The notes beneath the pieces were generated by a model, which was given only the letters and a program-made list of their open reading frames with translations, did not search any database and had not been told where the DNA came from. From a virus (Duplodnaviria > Caudoviricetes): a DNA stretch of 64,000 nucleotides. The number at the start of each line of letters is the position of its first letter. Positions within the stretch are counted from its first letter, which is position 1. Positions 49,851-60,664 of this stretch are shown in pieces. The translations under genes were made by a program, and so were the position numbers. The stretch covers positions 39,995-103,994 of IMG/VR virus record IMGVR_UViG_3300009873_000081, one strand, 5' to 3'.

Positions 49851-49941
49851 GAAAAAGAAAAACGCCCAGTGAATCATCTGGGCGTCAAAGGAAGGACAAA
49901 GGTTACAAAAGAATATACGCATATTTTGGCTTAAAGTTCAA
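49851..49941 (-). ncRNA. Candidate small RNA of about 55 nt with promoter and terminator
   Basis: TTGAAC-18-TATATT, pyrimidine-rich body, ACGCCCAG/CTGGGCGT-polyT hairpin. Confidence 0.5.
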
Positions 49942-50122
49942 GTAAAATATGCTAAAATTCTGTCCTGCCTGATTTTTCTCGCCTGTATTGTGTAGAAGGG
50001 TGGTTGTGATCGCCTCTTTGTCATTAAGCAATTCTGTGAATATTACATCGCATCCGCGTGAAGCTAAGACGCGAAAGCACAAAACTGTGCTCCGTTTGCA
50101 CAGCATCTTTGGCAGTTTTATC

Positions 50123-50572
50123 ATGACGGAAACCAGCAAAAAACATGCGTTGGCTTTTGATTTGAAGCAAGCGCTGACCAATCTTGATTTTTCCCACTCA
50201 CACAGTGATAAAGTTTTGGGAGAATTCGCCAACTGGATTCTGGTGACGTATTTTGACTATGTCGAAGTTGCCTTGCTGAAGGATGCTGTTTTAGGACTGG
50301 CCAAGCTGGAAAAATCCGAAAAGCCTCTGACCATCGTTGAGCTTTTGGAGAAGTCCTTAGTTGTTGCTTTGGAAAGTAGCAAGACCTGGGATCAGCTTTT
50401 AGGATGGACGGCGGCCAAGCTTGCAGATGGAGCCAACACGGATTCGCTTGATGATCGTTTGCTTACTACAGTCAGGAACTTACCTCAGCATGAACGAGCA
50501 AAACTAATCAGGACGGTCAAATATGGTCAAGAACGATCTGCAATACGTAGACACGGCACTTTGGGGATATAG
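50123..50572 (+). CDS. Hypothetical helical protein
   Basis: ATG-started part (MTETSKK...) of track ORF 49988-50572. Confidence 0.5.
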   Translation: MTETSKKHALAFDLKQALTNLDFSHSHSDKVLGEFANWILVTYFDYVEVALLKDAVLGLAKLEKSEKPLTIVELLEKSLVVALESSKTWDQLLGWTAAKLADGANTDSLDDRLLTTVRNLPQHERAKLIRTVKYGQERSAIRRHGTLGI

Positions 50573-52736
50573 AAGCAGGAACAATCCGAAACGCCTCTCA
50601 TGGTTGGTTAATTACCTCAACACCTTAAGCCTCGGCAACGCCCAAAATCTCGAAAACGTTTTTATCGGCCAATACCTTTTTGGTGCAGACTTTCTTTCGC
50701 ACGTCGAAAAAGAAAAATCAATTTCAGGCTACAAGGGTTTGCACATCTCGCCTTTTATTATGACCGATACGGATGAAAAAGGCAGTGTCTTGGATAGCGT
50801 GGCAAAAGTCAAAGACCTGATCGAGCACTTTGATAGCTTTGGATTGACACTATTTGAAAACATGCTGATCAGATTGACCGGACACAAGGGCTTTAATTTG
50901 ATCATACCGGCAGGAACCATTGGCTATGAGCCACGAGAAGATTTTTCTGACGTAGTTTACCGATTTGTCGAACTGCTCTTGCCAAACGAAGGAAAAACCA
51001 GAGGCTGGCTCAACTGGCATAGATCGGAAGATTCAGATTACGCCAGAGAAGCCAACAAGTTAAAACACACTGATTCGAGCATTTACGAAAAAAGCAAACT
51101 TTATCGTTTGCCATGCACAAAGAATGCACCAAAATCTCCGGAAGAAAACGATGGACAACCTTACGGATTCTGTCTTTACCTGGACAAAAATGAAACCGAA
51201 GCCGTTTTTAACAATCCCAAAGAAATCTTTGATATATGGAGCCAGCCCAATGGACGAGGAGTAACCAAAGAATATTTAGATGGCAGCCATTTTTGGACTT
51301 ACAAACCCGTTCCCAAGTTGCAGGAGCTTTGGGAAAGAGCTATTGAGCTTGCCAAAACCAAACCAACCTATCATTTAGTCACTGGATCAAAAGGCAGTTT
51401 TAATCCGCTTGGCGCTTTAGCTCCTCGTTGTATAAAAAAAGCCTGGGATGTTATTAACAACGGTGGATTAGGCGTTGACAAAGACGGCAAAACGGTTGAT
51501 CTTCTGGCCGGACGTTGCAATGATACTTTTGAGGCGATTTTGCCTTATGTCTACCGTATGTTTCCAGATGAAGATTTCTTCTGTGCTGCAATTAGACGAC
51601 TCAACTCCAAGCTTGAGAAGCCGATGTCCAGCAGTTCGGTAGATGGTATGCTGGCGACGTTTTTGAAGAACAAGTATGGCTTCTCTTGTGGCAACGACTC
51701 TGGACGTGGAAAGCTCCTGCAAAGCTTCTGTGGCGGTTATTGCAGCAAGGAAAAGCGAACCTGGGTCTACGGCCACGAAGCTTATGACAAGATGAACAAA
51801 TTCTGGCTACAAGGCGACAGCCCTGTGACTACCGGCATGAGATTCTGGGATGAAATGTTTCGAGGGCATCTACCGGGACAAGTTGTTTGCTTTCAGAGTT
51901 TGCCGGGGGTCGGTAAAACCAGTTTCAACGGCAGAATCTTTCGTCATCAAGTGCCGATTGGGAAGCAGCATGATAAGATTTGTGTGTTCTCAACACCTGA
52001 AGAAAATCACGAAATCATTCAAACTTATCTCTCGATGCAACAGGGCGAAATGACCCTTTCACGCTTAAAAGAGGAGATAAAACGAGATGGAAGAGCTAAC
52101 GGAAAAATTCAGGATTTCAACGAAAAGTACGGCAGAGACTACGTGCTTGACTATATTAGGGGAAAAACGCCCAAAGCCATACGTGAGAATTTGGAGCAAA
52201 TCAGGCAAAACAGTGGCAAGAATTTCTTCTCTATCATATTGGATAGCGTCACTTTCATCAAACCCGACAACGACAACTTGCAAGGCGCAGCCAGAGCCGA
52301 GTCGGTAGCCAATGCGATGGAAGATATTGCTGCTGAATTTAATACGACGTTGTTTATTTCCATTCATTTGCCAAAATTTGAAGCCTACAATAGTTTTGGC
52401 AAAAAACGTAAACAACGGCTTACTGATGGCCGTCCGAGCCTGGTAGGAGCCAAAGGCACAGTCGATTGGGCTGGCTTAGTCAGTCATTTGGCTTCGATCT
52501 ATACCAGAGGCGACCGCGTTGTAATGTTGGCACCGGAAAAAGGAAGGCTTAGAGATGACGGCAGACCGTTACCACATCCTCAGCCCTACTTGCGATCAGG
52601 TCACTATATGTTATACTCACTTGAAGAAGCTGCACAGCTTTATGGTGATAGAGTCAATGATGTCTTTGGCGTGGACAGTTACGAATTAGAGACCATTGCA
52701 GAACATGGCGATCATGAGTTGGAGAGTCAGGAATGA
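50523..52736 (+). CDS. Primase-helicase (AEP-type primase plus SF4/DnaB-like helicase)
   Basis: DTD, TGHKGF, RLP primase motifs; PGVGKT Walker A, IILDS, SIH. Confidence 0.8.
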   Translation: MVKNDLQYVDTALWGYRSRNNPKRLSWLVNYLNTLSLGNAQNLENVFIGQYLFGADFLSHVEKEKSISGYKGLHISPFIMTDTDEKGSVLDSVAKVKDLIEHFDSFGLTLFENMLIRLTGHKGFNLIIPAGTIGYEPREDFSDVVYRFVELLLPNEGKTRGWLNWHRSEDSDYAREANKLKHTDSSIYEKSKLYRLPCTKNAPKSPEENDGQPYGFCLYLDKNETEAVFNNPKEIFDIWSQPNGRGVTKEYLDGSHFWTYKPVPKLQELWERAIELAKTKPTYHLVTGSKGSFNPLGALAPRCIKKAWDVINNGGLGVDKDGKTVDLLAGRCNDTFEAILPYVYRMFPDEDFFCAAIRRLNSKLEKPMSSSSVDGMLATFLKNKYGFSCGNDSGRGKLLQSFCGGYCSKEKRTWVYGHEAYDKMNKFWLQGDSPVTTGMRFWDEMFRGHLPGQVVCFQSLPGVGKTSFNGRIFRHQVPIGKQHDKICVFSTPEENHEIIQTYLSMQQGEMTLSRLKEEIKRDGRANGKIQDFNEKYGRDYVLDYIRGKTPKAIRENLEQIRQNSGKNFFSIILDSVTFIKPDNDNLQGAARAESVANAMEDIAAEFNTTLFISIHLPKFEAYNSFGKKRKQRLTDGRPSLVGAKGTVDWAGLVSHLASIYTRGDRVVMLAPEKGRLRDDGRPLPHPQPYLRSGHYMLYSLEEAAQLYGDRVNDVFGVDSYELETIAEHGDHELESQE

Positions 52737-54382
52737 TACAGTTACGAACACCACTCTACGAAGTCAACAGGCTGAAGCAAACTGTCGATCCTGACTTCTT
52801 AAAGATTGCCAACAAACCGTGCAACCGTTGTGATCTGTCGCCAGTCAGAAACAAAGCTTGTAAGCAGCCGGTTCCTCCAGTTGGTAATTTGGAAACAGCC
52901 AAGATGCTTATTTTGATGCAAAACCCTGGCGACACTGAGAATTCTCACGGAATTCCGGCCTGTGGGCCAGCACGTACCTTTATCAACGAATTTCTAAAGC
53001 GTGGCTTGACCTTTGACGATTTTGTTCTGGCTAATGCCCTGTGGTGTTACACTGAAAGAGGCCAAAAGATTGGTGCTCGTCATGTCAATGCTTGTCGTTA
53101 CAACTTGTCTTATCTTTTGACTAAAGGACATTTTGATTTAGTCGTTCCAGTTGGCGACTATGCTCTGAAAATGATCGAAGGACAAGACGCTCGGCTTGAT
53201 CTTCGTGCTGGCAATCCTGGTCATGTCACTTGGTTTCCTGACCAAAATCAAAAAGGTGATCCAGTATTCAAGAAGTGCGAGTTTGACGATTTTCCGATTT
53301 ATCATCCTACTCATATCGACTACCTGGAAAGCGATTATGGCAGAGTTCGGGCACGACAAGATATGTTCAGTCATATCGACTATATAGTTGCCCAATATAA
53401 AAACATCAAGACTGGCAAAAAATTAGAACTGCCTTATAAGCATTTTACCGCAAGGACTGAAGAGGAGAGCCACAAATGGATTGACTGGTTGGCCGAGAAT
53501 GCCGAATGGCTGGCTATCGACTTTGAGACCTGGCAACTGACCCATACACCACAAGGCATCTTCTTTTCATGCTCATGGGCACCCTGGCACTCAATTGGGT
53601 TCTGGCTTTATCAATGTGTCGATCTGCCCGAAGATAAATATTACATGATGAAAGGAAATAAAAATTCCAAGTTTGAGATGAAATGGGAGCTAAAAGACTG
53701 GCATAACGAGGGGTCAGCCAAAAGAATCATGGCGCACTTTAATGATGCAATCATACAAAAGAAAAACCGGCCTTACATTTTCGGCCAGCACGTGCAGATT
53801 GAAATGTCCTGCTTGGATTACTTCGGCATCAAGCTCAAGCCCAAGTTTGACGATTATTCCAAACCAGGGGCAATAATTTTTGATACTATGGTCGGTCTTA
53901 GAACGGTGATGCAGACACAAAGCGTCTCGATGAAAGTCTTGATGCAGAAGTCCATGCCGCTTGAAGCTTCACAAAAGGACTGGGTTGATGATGTATTGAC
54001 CGAAAATGAAGTGTTTTGTACTGGCTACGGTTTGTTAGCCAGGAAACCTGAGCGGCCTGATGACGAGTTAATCAAAATCGGATTGCAATACAACGATTGG
54101 CAAAGCATGGTTAGAGAAAAAGGACTGACACCAGCCAAAGCGCGAGATGCGTGTCCGCTCTCTCAAGCCGACCTTGCGGACATCGACAAGTATTGGCTCG
54201 AACGTCCGGCTATGCTCAGACACAGGCTTTTGGAGCATCGTTGTAAGCTTGATACAGACATTACAGGGCGTTTGCAAGATGCTTATTGGAAGTTGGCTTT
54301 GTCTGGTCAAGCTTTGGAAAATCTTAATTCAATCAATTTGACAAGAATGGAACAACTGCAAGGAGTGAACGAAGATGATTGA
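52733..54382 (+). CDS. Uracil-DNA glycosylase family 4-like domain plus 3'-5' exonuclease (N-terminal half of a split SPO1-type DNA polymerase)
   Basis: CNRCDL, QNPG..E...G.P.CGPA, NAL.C, VG..A, IYHP; exonuclease motifs AIDFET, FDTM, LDTDIT. Confidence 0.8.
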   Translation: MIQLRTPLYEVNRLKQTVDPDFLKIANKPCNRCDLSPVRNKACKQPVPPVGNLETAKMLILMQNPGDTENSHGIPACGPARTFINEFLKRGLTFDDFVLANALWCYTERGQKIGARHVNACRYNLSYLLTKGHFDLVVPVGDYALKMIEGQDARLDLRAGNPGHVTWFPDQNQKGDPVFKKCEFDDFPIYHPTHIDYLESDYGRVRARQDMFSHIDYIVAQYKNIKTGKKLELPYKHFTARTEEESHKWIDWLAENAEWLAIDFETWQLTHTPQGIFFSCSWAPWHSIGFWLYQCVDLPEDKYYMMKGNKNSKFEMKWELKDWHNEGSAKRIMAHFNDAIIQKKNRPYIFGQHVQIEMSCLDYFGIKLKPKFDDYSKPGAIIFDTMVGLRTVMQTQSVSMKVLMQKSMPLEASQKDWVDDVLTENEVFCTGYGLLARKPERPDDELIKIGLQYNDWQSMVREKGLTPAKARDACPLSQADLADIDKYWLERPAMLRHRLLEHRCKLDTDITGRLQDAYWKLALSGQALENLNSINLTRMEQLQGVNEDD

Positions 54383-54689
54383 TCTAAAACGTTATATCGA
54401 AAACCACATAGATTGGTCTGAACAAACTTTTGGCAATGGGCAGAGGACTATTGGAATAACAAAGCACATTGCTAAAGAGCTTGAAGAAATAAAAGCTAAA
54501 CCAGATGATATTGAAGAATGGATTGATGTTATTATTTTAGCAATTGACGGAGCTTGGCGAGCAGGTTGGAGTGCTGAAGATATTGTTGACAATCTTGTTT
54601 TAAAACAAAAAATAAATATAAGTCGTGATTGGCCTCCAGTTGGAACCGTATCAGAAGATCAACCATCAGAACACTTGAAAAATTTATGA
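54375..54689 (+). CDS. DUF550-like dATP/dGTP pyrophosphohydrolase domain protein
   Basis: WSEQTFG...HIAKELEEI...EEWIDVIILAIDGAWRAG...KQ.IN..RDWP. Confidence 0.85.
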   Translation: MIDLKRYIENHIDWSEQTFGNGQRTIGITKHIAKELEEIKAKPDDIEEWIDVIILAIDGAWRAGWSAEDIVDNLVLKQKINISRDWPPVGTVSEDQPSEHLKNL

Positions 54690-56326
54690 TACCAGTCCCT
54701 CCAAATGTCACACAGGCTAATATTGACTTGCAGAACGTGAGTCAACGCTTGGTTCCAATTTTGTGGCGCTGTCATAAATATGGTTTTCCGATTGGCAGTG
54801 CAGACTTGAGTGACAACGTCTTTGCCTTCAAAGCCGAAGCCTGGCAAAAGCGCTTGGCTGATCTCAAGACCAAGCTGTTTGACTTTGTTGGCAAGCCGTT
54901 CAATCTGGATAATCATCATCCTACCAGCAAGAACGGTGTTCGGCACTTTCTCTATGCCAAAAAAGAACAAGGTGGTCTTGGTCTTGAGCCAGTGAAAGTT
55001 CATGGGAAAATCTGCTCAAATAAATACGCTGTTTGCAAACTGCATTACGATATTCAGCAAAACAAAGAAGAAGAGCTTAATCGAATCTTTAAGACCTTGA
55101 TTGAGATTCGGATGCTTCAGCATCGTTATCGTTTTGCCACTGCCCGAATGCTCCTCTTTGAGTCCTGCAAGCGTTGTGACGATGACACTAAGTTCAAGTG
55201 TCTTTATTGCGGAGGCACAGGACACGGCAAAGTTTTGGGCTTCGATCCAAAATATTGCTCAGAAAAGAACGGCTGGATTTATTTGCATCCTTATTTCATC
55301 CAAACACAAATTACACTTCGGGTTGGTTGTGTCGATCCCAACTTGGAACAAGTGCCAAGAAATAACGAAGAATACGGCATTGACGTAAGAGATCAATATT
55401 GCACTGAGCCTGATGAAACCTTCGTTTTTGTCGATGGAGCTAAAACCGAACGACTCTTTGCAGCGATTCGGTTCAATGATCCGGTTATGCTGGACGAAGT
55501 TCGACGAGGACACGCAGCAGTAGCAGAATTTGGCGAGCAAATCTTTGGCGTACCAGCCAACCAAATTACTAAAAATAGCGTTGAATATGCTACTACAAAA
55601 ACCCTGGTCTACGCAACTCAGCTTGGCGGTCAGGGTGATACTGTCCACAGAAAGTTCATGGAGAACTATCGCTACTTCGATCCCGAATATTGCCAGGAGA
55701 TGGTAGACAAATGCCAAAAACGTTATGAAGCTTACTACACTAATGCCAAAGAAGAGGGCTGGAAAGCCTTGAATGACGGCTATTGGGTAACATATCATGG
55801 TCAGAGATTCTTGTGTGAAAAACCTTATAACCTTGATGGCTACAGCCATTGGAAATGGATTAAAAGTCCACGAGCACAACAAGAGTGGGATCGCTTCATG
55901 CGGTTTTTTATGGCCAGTCATATTCAGGGGCCGGCTACGGGATTTCACATTCAAAAGGCAGCGCTTGAATCTCAGGACGCTATTGACCGAATGCTAAACC
56001 CAAATTGGGACGAATCGAGAATCGAGAATGGCAAGCCAGAGATCGCACAGATTTGCTTACTTAAACACGATGAAATTAGCGTAAGATGCAAAAAAACAAT
56101 AGCTTATGAGATAGAAAGAATTATAGCAAAAGCTATAACAAATTTAGAAGATGTTGGGCCTTATCTTAAGGGTACTGTGTTGCCTGATCTAAGATTTGAT
56201 CTAAAATCGGAATCGGAGAGACAAATACAATGGGGTGTACACCCTGATCCCCAATGGCAAACAATGACAAAGGAGAAAAACAGTGAACACTACTACAACA
56301 GTAATGGCTTCAGGTTCAAATCGTAG
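54686..56326 (+). CDS. Family A DNA polymerase, catalytic half (divergent)
   Basis: TLRV...PNLEQVP, motif A VDGAKTE, motif B K...Y...G, IQG, motif C HDEI. Confidence 0.8.
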   Translation: MIPVPPNVTQANIDLQNVSQRLVPILWRCHKYGFPIGSADLSDNVFAFKAEAWQKRLADLKTKLFDFVGKPFNLDNHHPTSKNGVRHFLYAKKEQGGLGLEPVKVHGKICSNKYAVCKLHYDIQQNKEEELNRIFKTLIEIRMLQHRYRFATARMLLFESCKRCDDDTKFKCLYCGGTGHGKVLGFDPKYCSEKNGWIYLHPYFIQTQITLRVGCVDPNLEQVPRNNEEYGIDVRDQYCTEPDETFVFVDGAKTERLFAAIRFNDPVMLDEVRRGHAAVAEFGEQIFGVPANQITKNSVEYATTKTLVYATQLGGQGDTVHRKFMENYRYFDPEYCQEMVDKCQKRYEAYYTNAKEEGWKALNDGYWVTYHGQRFLCEKPYNLDGYSHWKWIKSPRAQQEWDRFMRFFMASHIQGPATGFHIQKAALESQDAIDRMLNPNWDESRIENGKPEIAQICLLKHDEISVRCKKTIAYEIERIIAKAITNLEDVGPYLKGTVLPDLRFDLKSESERQIQWGVHPDPQWQTMTKEKNSEHYYNSNGFRFKS

Positions 56327-57077
56327 ACAAACGGTTATAGCAGATCAAAGAGGTGTTGAAGTAAGAAGAATAATCGGTTTTAGGAATCATTATATTAGTA
56401 GAGATGGCATTCCTTACTCTTTTTATAATAGAAAACTGAGAAAACTTACTTCGTTTATAAATAAACATGGCTATGTACAGATTGGCATAGGTGAAAGCAA
56501 AAGTATCAAAGCCATGAGATTACACCGTTGTGTTTTGTTGGCATTCTCAGGCAGACCAAAAAAGGGCCAAGTTGCTCGTCATTTGGATGGTAACAAATTG
56601 AATAATCATATTGAAAATTTGGTTTGGGGAACTCATAAAGAAAATCGTGCTGATATGGTTCGACATGGAACTGTATTAAATGGAGAAAAACACTGGAAAG
56701 TTCGTTTGAATGAATTGCAAGTTAGAATAATCAGGAGGTGTAAAAGTCTATCTGCAAAATTCATTGGAAGTATTTTTGATGTCAACCGAGAAACAATTTA
56801 CTCAATTTGGAATGGCTCAAATTGGGACTGTTTGCCTGAGTCAAACAATAAGCGGGCTAATGCGCTGACAGCTATTTCGACAGTTTATAGAAAGCTAAAC
56901 TTTGCTCAATACCGTATTATGCTAAGATGCAGACATCTGCCAACCAATTTCTTGTGCAGAATTTTCTCGGTTAGTGATTTTACTGTGTTAAAGTTCAAAA
57001 ACAATAAGATTAGCTACAAGAGATGCAAGTGGCATAACAAGACTCTTGGTCAGTATGTTCGTGATCTCGTTGTTTAG
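56283..57077 (+). CDS. HNH homing endonuclease
   Basis: LHRCVLLAF.G......ARHLDGNKLNNHIENLVWGTHKENRAD; AT-rich. Confidence 0.88.
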   Translation: MNTTTTVMASGSNRRQTVIADQRGVEVRRIIGFRNHYISRDGIPYSFYNRKLRKLTSFINKHGYVQIGIGESKSIKAMRLHRCVLLAFSGRPKKGQVARHLDGNKLNNHIENLVWGTHKENRADMVRHGTVLNGEKHWKVRLNELQVRIIRRCKSLSAKFIGSIFDVNRETIYSIWNGSNWDCLPESNNKRANALTAISTVYRKLNFAQYRIMLRCRHLPTNFLCRIFSVSDFTVLKFKNNKISYKRCKWHNKTLGQYVRDLVV

Positions 57078-57167
57078 CATTTTTGAGTGTGATGAAAACT
57101 TAACAAATATGTGCTTGACTTTTCAGTTTTAATTGCTTATATTAGAAGTGTAATGGATGAAGAGTAA

Positions 57168-57273
57168 GCAAGCTTGGCTGCGGCGAGTAATCGAGATCAA
57201 CTGACCGCGATCCTACGACGCTATTTGTCAGACGGTCTAAAAAAATAATCTTCTAGTAGCCAGCCAAGCTTGC
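57168..57273 (+). ncRNA. Stem-closed RNA or structured leader
   Basis: Promoter TTGACT(57115)-17-TATATT; perfect 13-bp GCAAGCTTGGCTG/CAGCCAAGCTTGC stem. Confidence 0.45.
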
Positions 57274-57303
57274 GATTTTTAACTTGAGTTAAGGAGAGCT
57301 AAA

Positions 57304-59066
57304 ATGTACTCATCTAAAGGCGTTCCAAAACCGCACATCAACGCTGACGGTTCTTGTTCTTATATCTGGATGGATTTATACAAGCCATCTGGTAAGTGGG
57401 AATACGGAGGTGTTGTCTATGTCGGCGACGTTAAGCCCTGGCAAGACAGCGATTTGTTGATGGATGCAATTAGAGCGAACCAGGACATTGTTGTCGATAG
57501 CGCACTCGTTGGCAAGCACGGCGAGTATTGGACAATTGTTGTCGATGATCTGGTTAGCTTGGCCAAGTTGCCTGAATACAAGTTTCTCTGGAAACGCATT
57601 ATGCAAATTGGTAGAGATGAGTAAAAAAGTAAAATTCTCGCATTATGCCGTCAAAGATGGGAAAGCATAGATAGCATTGCTGAACAGGTCTTTCCTAAAT
57701 TTAAGCTTATGAAGGATGAGTTGGAACGCAGAGAATTAGAAGCTTGGTTAAAGGAGATAAAAACAGATGGTTGACAATCTCGATCTTGATTTTGGCCTGC
57801 CGAAAGAACCAAAGCAAAAACCATATCCTGCATCCAGCTTTCCGGTTCCAAAGCTGACAGAAGATTCTGGAAAAGACTACTTGCCAGAACACATATTCGG
57901 AGCATTTGGCGACAAGCGATTTACGCTGCCTGATTTTGTCAAACCTGATGAAGTTGCCCAAGCCACGACAACACTCAGTATTTTGCTTGGCGACCGAAAC
58001 AAGCTCGATAAAATTCTTGAAAAAGAAAGAGAATGGACGACTATTCAGCGCCACAAATTTGCTGACATTCTCGACCAGATGGACAGAAAAGACGCGCATG
58101 ATTCTTTGAATTGGCTGTTGGCGACTTTTGGTGATTTGACTAATCCGGCCAGTTCACTTGATTTGCAAGGAAAAATCTTGCAATGGCCACATTTGGGAGA
58201 GCAGTTCATCGGAGCAAAGGCCGTTGGCTTTTTGTTGCTCAAAGCGCTTAACCGTGAAAAAGAAACTATAGAAAAAGAACTGCTCAAATTTGAGGCGGAA
58301 ACCCAGGCCGCCGCCGCAAAGGATACTTTTGAGAAACTGGTTGCCATTAAAATCTCAAGCCCAGGTGAAAAAGACAAAAATGTAGCTCCATCCAGTGTGC
58401 CTATGTCAGACGGCAACACAGAGAAAGGTCGAATCCGTCTTTATGGACAGAAGCTCGATGAATTTGACGAACGGCTGAAAGAAGTCGGTGAGCAGATCGA
58501 CTACGTGAGCCAGATGGCTGTAGCTATAGCTGATACTTACAACTTGTTGCTGCATGTTTCGATTCAAAATCAGGGATTGAGAAAAAATAACATTCAGCAA
58601 GGTGCTTAATGTTTAATGAATCAAAGTTTTGTTCAAAATGTAGACACACTAAGGAGCCTAACCAATGATAGAATATAAAATAAAAATGATGCTGCCTGAA
58701 GGATGGTCAACTGCTGATCTTCAGGAATACATAAAAACTGCCATCGGGTTTGCTGGTGGATGGTTTCATCCTGATCATCCGTTTTTTAGCTTGAGAAGTT
58801 CTGATGTTCATATCGAAGAGGTCAAGCGTGTGCCAGAAAAGATCAATGGCGAACCTTATATTTTAGATGTCTGCTTGGACATTCACACTCAGAACTCAGG
58901 CTCACTTGAAAGACAGCCTGATTATGAAGAAACCATTGCTTTTCTAAAGCAAAAGCTACTTTCATGGAAGCCCTCGCCTGATTTTACTCGTGATTTTGAC
59001 GATGCTGTGAAAAATCTTATTGCTACGACTTTGAAGGAGTCAGAGATCAGAAACAAGATTATTTAG
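57304..59066 (+). other. Hypothetical CDSs (57304-57624, 57767-58609 coiled coil, 58665-59066)
   Basis: Each has an AGGAG-type RBS. Confidence 0.65.
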
Positions 59067-59116
59067 GACTTTTATCAATTACTTATTATCAATTTATTTA
59101 TCAAGGAGATTTATCT

Positions 59117-60664
59117 ATGCCAGTTACTTCAACCCACGATTTTTTGGAACAGAACTTTGAAGCGCCGGATTGGGGCACCAGAGACACTGGAGCCAGCGCC
59201 TTTCCCTATCCGCGAAAAAAAGACATCACCAGCAATCTCTCTAAAGTGCTGTCTTGGACGTTCGAGTTCAGGCCGTTCTCAAAGATATTTCCGGTCTATC
59301 GTTTTCGCTATCCTACCTGGGTGGAAATTCAGGAAAATAACGAAAAACGACTGATCCCAAGTTCCAAAGTCATTAACCTGTCCAAGCCGATCTATTTGAA
59401 CTTGGATGACGGCAAATGGCAATGGAACATTCACAAAGACGAAGAAGCTGAAGGCCGAACTTCTGGAGAGCTTCAGATGCTTAAGTTCTTTGCAGAAATT
59501 TTTGAGCCTGAATATGAGCGCATCGTTCATAAATTCAAGGATAAATTGGACGATAAGGCTCTTGCTGAAAAGGTTGGGAGCTACAAACCGGACAAATTCG
59601 GCCCGGACTCGAAAATTTATGGCTCTTTCGTCATCGTCAACGAAAAGGTTCAGGCGCTCGACATCAAGGCCACGAGCTTTAATCCCCAAGCCCAAAAGAA
59701 CTTTCGCAAGACTTTGGACTTTGAGAACGGCATTCGTCAGTATCTCGAAATGACCAAAGACGCCAAAGTAGTTTGGCCGTTTCTTTTGACCAGCTTTATC
59801 TTCACGGCGCTCGAATCCAGCCAAAAGAACACCGATGGCTCGGTACGGATTGCCTACGAACCCAAGCCGATGGGCGTTGGTGATGACATGCCGGAACTGG
59901 ACAAACTTTTCGTCTGCCAATTGAACAAGCGTGGTGAGCTTATCACTCCGCTTATGGTTCATCCTGCTGATGCCAGAGAAGTGGCCAAATACCTGGCTGA
60001 AGTTCGCAATCCCAATCTTAAACCTGAAGAAGCCCGTACCATCGAACGGCCAAAGTTTCGTCAGTATCCCGATCAAGACAGCGGCCACGTTGTTTTCATC
60101 AACCAGGGTATTGGCAAACCTGAAGGCGTCTCGATTGATCTTTGGAAGGGCAGCCGTAAGGATTACTTTTCGCCTAACGTTCTGAAAGAGTTGGCAACCG
60201 AGAAGAACCTGTTTAACTACAAGCCTAGCGACGCGCTTTCCATCTTCGGCGGCTTCAAGATCACAGTTAATGGTGAATGGATTCCAATTGCTGAAAAAGA
60301 CCTAAAAGCCAATTATGCTGGCCAGCGTGAAGGCAAGCACTTCATGAAGTATCAAGACAAAGACGTTGAAGTGACCTATCACTTTGGACATCTTCAGGAA
60401 AACCCGCTTGACCCCGACTTGCCAACGTCTGAAGTCAAAGAAACTCCTATTTATTCTGACGATGTTCGCAAGCGCATTCGGCAGGCTGCCGATCTTTACA
60501 ACATTCCGATCTGGGGCGGCTATCAGAAATCGGATGATCCTTTTGCCTTTCTAAAAGATAGCAAAACTGTCGTTCAAGCTGTAAGGGAAGAGACTGAAGA
60601 AGAGTTCAATCCTGAGCAGCCGGTTCCAAGTAAGAAACTGGTTCCTGAGTTTGCTTCAGTTTAA
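59117..60664 (+). CDS. Large hypothetical replication-region protein (possibly ssDNA-binding)
   Basis: Strong RBS, acidic C-terminal tail, location between the polymerase and SbcCD genes; function inferred only. Confidence 0.45.
   Translation: MPVTSTHDFLEQNFEAPDWGTRDTGASAFPYPRKKDITSNLSKVLSWTFEFRPFSKIFPVYRFRYPTWVEIQENNEKRLIPSSKVINLSKPIYLNLDDGKWQWNIHKDEEAEGRTSGELQMLKFFAEIFEPEYERIVHKFKDKLDDKALAEKVGSYKPDKFGPDSKIYGSFVIVNEKVQALDIKATSFNPQAQKNFRKTLDFENGIRQYLEMTKDAKVVWPFLLTSFIFTALESSQKNTDGSVRIAYEPKPMGVGDDMPELDKLFVCQLNKRGELITPLMVHPADAREVAKYLAEVRNPNLKPEEARTIERPKFRQYPDQDSGHVVFINQGIGKPEGVSIDLWKGSRKDYFSPNVLKELATEKNLFNYKPSDALSIFGGFKITVNGEWIPIAEKDLKANYAGQREGKHFMKYQDKDVEVTYHFGHLQENPLDPDLPTSEVKETPIYSDDVRKRIRQAADLYNIPIWGGYQKSDDPFAFLKDSKTVVQAVREETEEEFNPEQPVPSKKLVPEFASV

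Noticed and set aside
54375-56326. Definite 2-aminoadenine (Z) genome
   Set aside because: No PurZ or DatZ gene is in the window, and DUF550 alone is not diagnostic.
55259-60088. Long minus-strand ORFs 55259-55954 and 59279-60088
   Set aside because: Antisense to well-supported genes, with no RBS or recognisable motifs.
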